Below are positions 54,211-64,000 of a stretch of DNA of 64,000 bases, one piece after another; the stretch's first letter is position 1; the number at the start of each line of letters is the position of its first letter. Both the position numbers and the translations under genes were made by a program. The notes beneath the pieces are model-generated. The model ran no database searches. It saw only the letters and a program-made list of their open reading frames with translations, and was not told where the DNA came from. Origin of the DNA: Paraspadella gotoi (taxonomy: Eukaryota; Animalia; Chaetognatha); assembly GCA_051294375.1 (NCBI GenBank), contig CM119269.1:9365274-9429273 (forward strand), read 5' to 3'.

Positions 54211-56504
54211 TCTAATTAAATTCGTTTTGTAACACAATTAAAAACTTTGTTTTTTCTCTAGATTTTGTTTTGCAAAATTAATTTTAAAAGGGGCTCAATT
54301 ATTTTTCATAAAGCAGCAAATAAACATTGTTCAATCGCTCAATCTTTTCATCACTCCACCCTAAAGCACATAGCCTGTTCAAAGTAGGCAATACAGATTG
54401 CATATAGAATGAACTTTTTTACATCGATTTTACTTATCTTCTAGCTTATTTAATTCAATGTGCATTTTCTAATGTCATATGTAAAAGCAGTAATGTTAAA
54501 AATAACGATTTGAAATTTAAATAACTTTTGAGACTTTCAGTCAAGAACGGAACGAAAGCCAATTTTGACGTCAAGGAAAAATAATTGATTATTCAGCTTC
54601 ATAATTAGCTTTTAAAACTTTAATTTTTTTTGTAGAGAAATGAGTTTTCGACGTTCTTTCTCTTTCTAAATAAATTAATTTAATTCCTCAGGTTGCCTAT
54701 ATATTCAGAGCTTTTCTAATACTAAATGCTTTCAATGTTTTTTTTAATTTATGTGTGATGTATTTTTAGCTTCGGAAAATATCACTTCGCTCATAAAAAA
54801 AATTATAAATAATAATGTTGTGTTTAAAATGGCCGTGCCAAATACTCTTACTTTAATTTTCTTTAGTTTTCTTGACATTTATTTTACAGTTAAACATTTT
54901 CTGATCCATTGATCTTTTTTTTCAGAGGAAATTATTTAATTTAGATATAGCGAAACTATCGGCGAACAAAAAAATTTATAAACGACTACATGCGTTTTCC
55001 AAAAAAAAAAAAATAATAGAAAAAAACATACGTAAGATATAAGAAATTATGAAAAGTATAAAATAAGGGTTTAAAAGAATTTAATGAATCTTCTATACTA
55101 CCTTTTACTTCGCTAAATTAAATACCAGATAGCTTGAGTTTCGTCTTATTCACGAACTGTACGTACTTTCTCTAATCTACATTATCGCACACAGTTTACT
55201 TAATTGTAAAGAAGAACATCGATCAGTACGAAGAAAGCCAACGATGATAACGTCTACGATATTCTATGCTCAAAAACCTATAATTACTAATTTAATTGAA
55301 CGAAAAAATAAAAAGAAACACTGAAAACTAATTGAGAAATTATAACTCGTCATCCCCTACATTGAAACATTTACGCCACAGAAAATTATAATTAGTCACG
55401 GCGTGAACTCTCCCACTGATTCTATTTGATGAATCTCTCTCTCTCTTTCTCTCTCTCTCTCGCACTATTTCTCTCTCTCGCACTCTCTCAGTCTTCCTTC
55501 ATCAAATGTTTGGTAAAATTTCATTAGCAAGAAGACTCGGGGGGAAAAAATAAGAGTCAAATCATGTCCGTAGTTAGTAAACCAATGAGATTGGCTTTCT
55601 CTTAAATCCAGGCTAGCCGTAGAGTTACTGATGCATTTAGGTATTCAAAGGTGCAACTTTTTTAAAGAATAGCAGTTAATTAAGTAGATCTTTGCTTAAG
55701 TTTTCATTACTTGAATTAAAAGAGAAAATGCAGAAAATTTAGCAACCAGCAAAAGTAGTTAAAAGTTTAATCTTGCGAGTAAAATGTGATAACAACGCAA
55801 TTGTGCCAAGTCTTAAGAACGACATATAATTTGATAATAAGGTAAAAATTTTAAAACAACAATTGGGCAAAGAAGAATTAATTAAATAAGAAAAGTTAAG
55901 GCGACGTTTAAGGTAAAAAACAACTGAAAAAAAATTAATAAAATATATTTTTTTCAATTTCGATAAGGTTAAAGTAGCTCAATGAGCAGTTAAGCACTGA
56001 GCAGTGAGCACTGCTCATGAGTCTAATTGTCACTGTTTTTGAAGGTTAGTACAGTTAGGGTTTTATCGTAATTTTAAGTGAAAAACTTAATAATTATAGT
56101 AAAAAAAATATTATTTTTTTAAATTGTCGGAAAGATCATACATGGCATCATATATCAAATATAACGTCCTTTATTGTTTAATTCGTTATTTAATTCTAAG
56201 GATCCGAAGTCACGTGATCGTGGGAGGAAAATTCGGGAAAAAAAAGGGAAAAAAGAGAAAAAAAAGGATAAAAGAAGCATCAATGACGGGGATTGTTACC
56301 GCTTGTCCTTTCCTGGTTCTTTTTTGTGAACTCTTCCCTCTTTTTCGTCACTTTTTGTCACTCGATGTCAACTCTTGTTGCTCATTTGTCTCCTCATGTC
56401 TTTTCTTTCTCACTCCTGCGACATCTTTTGTCCCTTTTTAAGCTCTATTTTACTAAAACGCCCCATTTCGTCTTAATTTTGAAGTTTAAATAGTTTTAAG
56501 TTCG

Positions 56505-56675
56505 ATGATTAGGTTAAAGATGAAGGTTAGGAATTAAGGATTCGGTTAAAAATTAGGGTTAAGGATTAGCTTAGTGATTAGGTTTAAGGGTTAGGGTTAA
56601 GAATTAGCTTAGTGATTAGGTTTAAGGATTAGGGTTAAGGATTAGCTTAAGGATTAGGGTTAAGGGTTAAGGTGA
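56505..56675. repeat. Degenerate telomere-like (TTAGGG/TTAAGG) interstitial repeat
   Basis: attagggttaagg units; similar ccctaa-type patches at ~22380-22500, 32640-32820, 35365-35480 and 46560-46650. Confidence 0.6.
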
Positions 56676-57040
56676 GAAGCTAGGATACTGGGTTTAATAT
56701 AATCATTGTGTCAAAAATAAAAACATAAGGAATAGAAATGAGGCGTTTAAGAAAAGGACAGCCACGTATAGTTTTAACTTTACTATATTGCTGTACACTT
56801 TACAGTGTACACTGTACAGTGTACATCAATCCTCTTCTACTAAACTTTTCTATTTGTACGTGGGAACTTTTGTCATAAAATACTTAACAGATATTACTCA
56901 ATTTAAGTTTAAAAAATAATTAGCAAAAAAAACTTAAGGCGATGAGAAAAGTGGACGAGGCGGACGTAAATAATTATAACCAAATTAAATGACAATCGTT
57001 TTGAGAAAAACAGGTTGTTCAAGGCTTTCTCATTGTAGAG

Positions 57041-57121
<81 letters not shown>

Positions 57122-57125
57122 AGAG

Positions 57126-57170
<45 letters not shown>

Positions 57171-57264
57171 GAGAGAGAGAGGAGAGAGAGAGAGAATGAC
57201 TAAAAGGGGGCATCGAGGACGACAATTTTCGTGTTTTGAATGAGACACACACGTAAGTTCAAGG

Positions 57265-57344
<80 letters not shown>

Positions 57345-58692
57345 TTTTTTTTTTTTATTTTCTTTCTCCCTGTCTTTTTTTTCTTTTTCTCTACTTCTAA
57401 GTCTTCTTGCAAGGTGAGTTTTTTTTTCTCTGTTCATTCTTCCCGGATCTTGAAAAAAAAATTGAGTTCAAATGTTATTGAGATTTTTCGACGCGTTTCT
57501 CATAGACATTTCTTGGTCGATCAGTCGGTCAATCTTGAGAGGATCTTTTTAGTTTTATTAGTTTGTCCTCAACGTTAGTAGGGCAATTTGGGTAGACTTT
57601 TTCACTAAATTGTTATTTGAGTTTCTGTTAATCTTTGAGTCACCAAATCTCTGAGGAGTGACGATCCTTTTTTTTGCATTGCGGTCGTACTTTTACAAAA
57701 ATACTATATATTGTAAATAAATTTAAAATATTATAATATAATTTTTCGATTGTTTGATTGGTTGGTTGATTCATTCAATGAGTAATATATTTTTATCTGA
57801 ATTCGAGGTTTTTACTTCAAATACCCAAAGCGTTTCGCGATGAAGCATAATGAATAAGATCGGTTCATCCAATGAGTTGCCCCGCGTTGACTTTCTTTTC
57901 ACGTGTATTTCCCTGTAATCACATGTCTACATGACTATGAAATTTATGTATAACAAACGTCTTAGGGTTTCATTTCATATCATTTCAAACAAATATGCTA
58001 CATTTACTTTGTGATCGCGTTACCATAGTTTTGCGAGGTCATGTGACTAAAGAAGCATTTAGTAATGTCTTACCAGTCTGCCAAGTATTATCTTAAAAAA
58101 CGTTTTTAGCCCGTGTATTTATGACATTCGAATTCCGTCTTTTATTCTTTATAGTTTCAGGATTTCCTGAAAGCGGCGTTACCAGTCAATTATGTTTGAA
58201 AGTTTTTTTTTGTCTTAACATATGAAAGGAAAGTTATGATCATTATGATCATTATGATCATTTTTAACCTAAGTTGTACAGACCAACGGACAGACTTAGC
58301 GATCGACCGACCGACAGACCGACCGAAAAGTGACTTATAGAGTTACTCCACGAGTATTGGCGGCGCAACTGAAAACTATCCCTAACCTTGATTTGCCACA
58401 AATTACATTAAATCCAACGAAAACAATCCTTGCCCGTATGTAACCATCTTATCGTTATAAGCGTTAAATGGTTTGTTCTTCTATTTCAGAAAAAAAAACT
58501 TAACAACGTCCCGCCCCGTATGTAATCGAACACAACGCGTCATCCTTCAAAAGGGACGCGAAGTTTAAACTTTTGTCTCGTTTCTTTTTCTCTTCGATTA
58601 AATTAAGACTTTTCGTCTTCAAAATATTTTTTTTTCTTTCTCCGCTGGTTGCGTGCTGTTCATCCAAATTGGTGACGAGGCCCAACCAGTTT

Positions 58693-58742
<50 letters not shown>

Positions 58743-59199
58743 TTCGTTCGAAACCCATTCACTAATAGGAAGCGAATATTTAAAATTAAAGATTCGTTTT
58801 TTTGGGGGAGCCTTTTTTTTTACGAATTTTATCGAAAAATCTAGTAACTAAATAAAAATTCGTGCTTAGTTAGGAAAAAAAAACGACCCACGCATATTAT
58901 AAATTTTTTTTCTTTTAAAGCAATCACGTGTTTGTTGTCGTCACATGTCAGCACAATTTTTTACTTTGGATTTCAATCGTGTTTTTCACTAGTGAACATT
59001 TTGAAACCCAGAATCGCGACGTAAAATCTCGAAGCAAGCGACGCCAAGCACGCCAAGCACGTAATCAAGCGCAACTTGTTGCGAACAATCAAGCGCACAT
59101 TGAGGATCGCACACGTAGGCGCACATTTTGGCGCTCACCTCTCTCCACTTTCGAGCGGACGTCGCGAGAGTCCGACCGACCGACTGATCGACTTCAAAA

Positions 59200-62100
59200 A
59201 TGGCGAAGGATCCATCGGAAGACTATATAAAAATCAGGAAACAGTGCATCAAAACAGGTGAATGAAAATCAGGAAACAGTGCATCAAAACAGGTGAATGA
59301 AAATCAGGAAACAGTGCAACCAAACAGGTGAAGGAAAAGTAGGAAACAGTTCATCAAAACATAAGAATGAAAATCTGGAAACAGTGCATCAAAACAGGTG
59401 ATTAAAAATCTGGAAACAGTGCATCAAAACAGGTGAATGAAAATCAGGAAACAGTGCATCCAAACAGATGAAGGAAAATCAGGAAACAGTATTCAAAGCA
59501 AGTTAATGAAAATCTGGAAACAGTGCATCAAAACAGGTGAATAAAAATCTGGAAACAGTGCATCTAAACAGGTGAATGAAAATGATGAATAAAAATGGAA
59601 AACAAAAATAAAGAAATTGGCCAAAAAGAAACGAAAGTTAAGTTTCCTTTTGGATAAATTGTTCTTTTGTTTACTCGTCTTATTTTCGGCATCATTTGTT
59701 TGACGACGACGACGATATGGACGACGACAACGACCACAAAATGGAAGCGACTGATTGCATCACGTTTATTGAGTATCAACAAACAACGACGACTAACAAA
59801 TTGAGTAAGACGTCGCAAAACGAAAAGTCATTGGTTCGAATCCAGACCAATTCGGTTTTGGAATAGATTTTCATTGAACAAAACAAATTTGTGAAGGAGT
59901 TTTTAAAATACTGGATCACATTTTGTGAAAATACTTCAATCCTTTGTGACCTTCATATACTTTCCTCTTCAGTTTTATCCTTATGCTTTTTTATATTGAT
60001 CATTTCTTTTTTTTCCCTTTCAATATTCTCCTCTACTTCTCTTCTTTGCTTGATTATTTTCACATTTCCTTTCCTCCATTCTTTTTTCTCGACACTTTTA
60101 TTTACCTTACTTATTTTTTACTAATTCATAGGTTTGTGGATAAGGAGCTAAGTGGGCAAAAGATGACTATCCATAACTTCTATAACCCCCTGGGCTTGAA
60201 ACCAGGCTTGAGGGTTTGCCACGCCCCCAAGGCGGCTTACGGCCATCCTCACTCTTCCCGGAGGGTAGGTAACGGGTTAGGATTGAACCCGGTACCTAGT
60301 GGTCATGAGCTGATGGCTTTACTCAATGAGCCAGCGGGTCACAACTGAAAGAGTCATGCTTATAGGCGGGGTGAACCTAGGCAATGCCCGACTACAGCTT
60401 TTCCTTTTACTTTATTTTTTTTACTTATTCCTCAACCCTATCCTATTTTCCTTCACTTCTCTCCTCCTTTCATCTCCCTTCAATTTTTCTCCTAATTTCT
60501 TTGTTGATACTTAACTGAAATTGAAAAATGTGGCGAGTTTTACAATTTTTTCTCGTAATATCAACACTTTAGGTTCTTCTATTGCGTCTCTTAATCTTTT
60601 CGCGAAGTATTTTCCGTCAAATAAAGTCTGTTTATTTTCTAACTAAGTCGTACAAATAAAAATGCTTTTTATTTGGGCAAGAATTGTTTCAGTCGCGTAA
60701 AGGCGCGTCTCACTAAGTCGTTTTTCGGTCTTTCTGTCTGTCTGTCTGAAGCCACATTTGAATTTTAAATAAAAGCTTAAACAAAGGAAAAACGTTATTG
60801 AGAAACGATTTATTCAAAATGACGCGTTTTCAGAGTTTGAATGAGAGAAAAAGGAAAGAGAGAATGAACAAAAGAAGCACTCGGACTCCGGATAGGAAGA
60901 AAAAAAAAAGAATGATGAAAGAAAAAGAAAGAAAAAGAAAGAAAGAATGAAACAACGACGCAACTGAATTCATCGTCTTATTTTCTTTCTGTTTTAGGTT
61001 TAGTTCGAGTTAAGTTCTTTCAGTTGCGCCGCGGGTCCTCGCGTAGCAACTCTATGAGTCACTTTTCAGTCGGTCTGTCGGTTTATCGGTCGGTCTGTCC
61101 CACTTCAAATGCAGTACGTGTCATACATACTATATAAATGCTACTTGTGCATGTGTTTCATACTTTTGTAGTCACTTCGGCGCAACACATTGGATGGACC
61201 GATCTTGTTCCCTTAATGTTCTCATGCCGCATAAATTTTGATCCCAAACAAAAGTAAAGTTTCCCTTTGTTTTTTTTCTTGCGGGAAGAAAGTTAATCTC
61301 TTTTTTGAGGTGAGGACACAAGACTTCTTCTTTTTTTGAGTTTAGGGCGAGTGTCGCAAGGAGCTTCTTTCTTCAGGGTCTACTTTGGGGAAGTCACTTT
61401 GCCGGTTTTGTTGTGACTCTGGATTTGCCGACCGAGGGAAATGGTTGGTTTGTGACGGTTATGTGAGTCTTTTGTTTGGTGACAGTTGGAGAATTCTTTT
61501 TTTTGTAATTTGATTTAGTTTTTAACTCGTGGATAAGAAAATATTGTTAAGATATAAATCGTCGATGTTAACACAATGACAACAGACAGGCTGAGAAAAC
61601 TTTATAAAATTTATATAATTATTTTAAATTTATCCACTCATTCAATAAATAAACTACCTTTGAACAGGCTCTTACGAAATATTAAAATAGCCGGACAATC
61701 AAGATTATATAACAGTCTGGTTTATTAACCCCCGGAGTACCTGGGTTCCCACTTAATGAAATGATTTTAGGATAGTATATTAATTTTTTGAAAGACTATA
61801 TTATTTTCCAACCAAAATTAATATCGCCGACCTTTCTTTGCCAATCAGGCCGCCCCTGGCAAGACCCGGACTTCCCTGCCAACGATTCTTCTCTCTTCTT
61901 CAGCGAACCTCCTTGTCAATTCGTCTGGCGAAGACCATCGGAGATATGCGGTGAGGGGAGGGGGGGGAAAGGGGGGTAAGAGGGAAAGAGAGGAGGGTAA
62001 AAGGGGCAGTAATAGGGTGAGGAATATAGAGACTGTGACTGGTCCTATTGTAGCTCGCGAAGCCAAGGAGATCCATGGGTACCGACCGCAAAAAAAAATG

Positions 62101-62646
62101 GCTTCAGCACCCATACAACCTCTCCATTTATCGTGATATAGATTTTATTAGTTAGCCAAGTCCTGAAAAAAATGCAAAATGCAAAATGCAAAATGCAAAA
62201 TGCAAATGTAAAATGCAAATGCAAATGCAAATGTAAAATGCAAATGCAAAATGCAAATGCTTTACAGTGAGATTCCACGATTTTTGAAGCGAGGAAGAAT
62301 CTTGATTTTTTGAAATTCCTAAAACAAAACTTTTACTTTACGCTACTCTTTTATAGTTTATTGACTAACTTTGATGCTACCAAATGAACGACCTGCTACA
62401 ATACAAGAAGCCCTTGACTTTGTGCGGCTCATAAAAAAATTACAATAGACCGGACCTGCATTGAAAAGCTGAGAGTGAGGTTCAAAGCGAAATTCGAAAA
62501 TCAAAAAAACTTGAAAAAGCGATCTGATCTTTGCCTCTCTTTCTTGCTCTCTTTCTCCCTTATTCTCTCTTTTCTCTCTCTCTTTTCTCTCTCTCTTTTC
62601 TCTCTCTCTCTCTCTTGCTCTCTCTCTCTCTCTCTTGCTCTCTTTC

Positions 62647-62677
<31 letters not shown>

Positions 62678-63709
62678 CACTCTCTCTTTCTCTCTCTTTC
62701 TCTTCTCTCTCTCTCGGGTTAGGGTTTACGGTTTGATTTACGGAAAAAAAAACTGATCGAATTTACATATTTTCTCAATACGGCGCGCGTGTCGAGAATG
62801 AGGTGACGATGAGAATGACCCTGAATACGGGTTTCGAATCTTAATCAGATGGCGTGACGGTCGTTTTATAACGAAGGTAAAGTCTAAATACAGGAAAATG
62901 TATCATTCTCAACTGAGAAACTTAATAGAGAAACGAAACGGCAACTAATTCCTCTAAATTTTCAAAGATTCAATTTCTAAAAAAAAAAATACAGAAATTT
63001 TAAATGAATGAATATTTAACTCTTATAATCGCGGGTGCACAAAAAAACAGAAACTGGAGACAAGAAGAAAACTATTTTTCGGGGTTTTTTTTCTTCTTAT
63101 TTTTCTCTCCATTTTTCAGCTCATAAAATTTTGATTCCTTACCTTTGATCGAATTTAAGTAGTAAATGATGGCGGATATTAAAAGGACCATTTATTTCCA
63201 GGCATAAAATTCTTGAGTCCAGGTCATTAGTTAAAATGACGTTTGAGGCAAAATGCCGTCGATGCGTCCATTCGTTTCTCTAATTTCCCTTCTTTAATAT
63301 TTTTTTAAATTTTTGTAACCTGTCCTTCCTTGTTTTTATTTGTTTTCTTTTCCCCCTTTTCCTCCTCATTTTTCTCGTTCCCTATCCCTTCTCTTCCTCC
63401 TATTTTTTTCCTCCTCCTCCCCCTCCCCCTTTCCCTCCCCTCCCTTTCCTTTTTCCCCTCTTCCTCCTCCCCCTCCTCCTCCTCCTCCTCCTCCTCCTCC
63501 ACCCTAACTCATCTTACTTCCTCCAGCCGAACTGGGTTTGAAGCCGGAACTCTTCGTGGGCGGGGCGGACAGGTTCGATCTGCAACAGGGCTGCGCCGGC
63601 AACTGCTGGGTGATCAGCGGAGCCTCGGCGCTGGCGGAGCGGCCGGCGATTCTCAATAAGGTCATCGCTCCGGGGCAGACGGTCTTCAACAAGGACAAGA
63701 ACTATTGCG
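59200..63709 (+). CDS. Calpain (CysPc catalytic domain), first three coding exons; 3'-partial
   Basis: Exons 59200-59257 (MAKDPSEDYIKIRKQCIKTG), 61849-61950 (RPWQDPDFPANDSSLF...VWRRPSEIC), 63527-63709 (PELFVGGADRFDLQQGCAGNCW with catalytic Cys...YCG); all phase 1. Confidence 0.92.
59229..59582 (+). repeat. ~10 x 35-bp tandem repeat copying the calpain exon 1 end and donor
   Basis: Unit aaaatcaggaaacagtgcatcaaaacaggtgaatg, head-to-tail, no spacers. Confidence 0.9.
60133..60395 (+). repeat. Structured dispersed repeat, copy B (in calpain intron 1)
   Basis: Near-identical to 20207-20488, with an internal deletion and a short insertion. Confidence 0.8.
62170..62260. repeat. (TGCAAA/TGCAAAA)n short tandem repeat
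   Basis: Direct reading. Confidence 0.85.
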
Positions 63710-64000
63710 GTGAGAATGGAGGAAAAGAGGGGAGAGAGAGGGAGGAAAGGAAAGAGGAAGAGGGGAAAAGAGGAAAGGGAGAGGGGGGAAAGGAAAGAGG
63801 AAAAGAGGAAATGAAGGAAAAAGATAGGATAGATGAATAGGGGAGAGAAGAAAAAAATAACAAGATAGGAAAAAAGGGGAGAGGAAGAAAACAAAAAGGA
63901 AAGAGAAGAAAGAGCAGGAGAGCTGGAGGAAACGAAAAGGAAAGAAGAGAACGAGGACGGGAGAGGGAGGAATAAGGAGGAAAGAAAAAAGAGAAGAGGA

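Larger units (their letters stand above)
50802..54260 (+). mobile_element. Penelope-like retroelement (RT + GIY-YIG), frameshifted, flanked by ~520-570-bp inverted terminal repeats
   Basis: RT motifs LVSCDLQSMFTNIP, WYRKADD, SIPMLDV, VYRKPTHTDQY; GIY-YIG GAVYWTAC...YVGETGKSLTDRFQQH, SAVAEH, REAIYIKALEPSLN. Repeats 50802-51323 and 53692-54260 are reverse complements. Confidence 0.92.

Noticed and set aside
56505-56675. True telomere or chromosome fusion site
   Set aside because: Short, highly degenerate and one of several scattered patches; no long perfect TTAGGG array or head-to-head junction.
59229-59582. CRISPR-like array of 35-bp repeats
   Set aside because: Units are head-to-tail with no unique spacers, there are no cas genes, and the unit derives from a eukaryotic exon/donor junction.

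Overview
This is AT-rich, intron-containing, microsatellite-dense animal (invertebrate-like) genomic DNA, not prokaryotic; no CRISPR arrays or rRNA genes were seen, and most ORFs in the supplied track are (AG)n or low-complexity artefacts. Spliced genes reconstructed by hand from splice sites and codon phase: (1) a 13-exon secreted His/Asp-rich polyprotein with three acidic-spacer+RKKR cleavage sites (14452-22320 +); (2) a 6-exon secreted C1q-domain protein (29088-21658 -); (3) a JHAMT-like SAM methyltransferase, apparently disrupted (25378-23469 -); (4) gamma-glutamyl hydrolase (36625-39585 +); (5) an orphan 6-exon gene (45426-40829 -); (6) a Reeler-domain membrane/GPI protein (47019-49027 +); (7) the 5' part of a calpain (59200 onward, +). 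The most striking structure is a three-gene knot: the last C1q intron holds the whole same-strand methyltransferase and the last exon of the antisense His-rich gene, while the last C1q exon sits in the last intron of the His-rich gene. Also present: a Penelope-like retroelement with inverted terminal repeats carrying minimal hammerhead ribozymes, a small double-hammerhead hairpin, a hAT-type foldback MITE, another TIR element, a structured dispersed repeat family, and tandem arrays that copy exon ends with their splice donors. The first ~12.5 kb is low quality (an N gap, a noisy ~4 kb duplication and many apparent single-base deletions). All family assignments come from motif recognition only; no searches were run.
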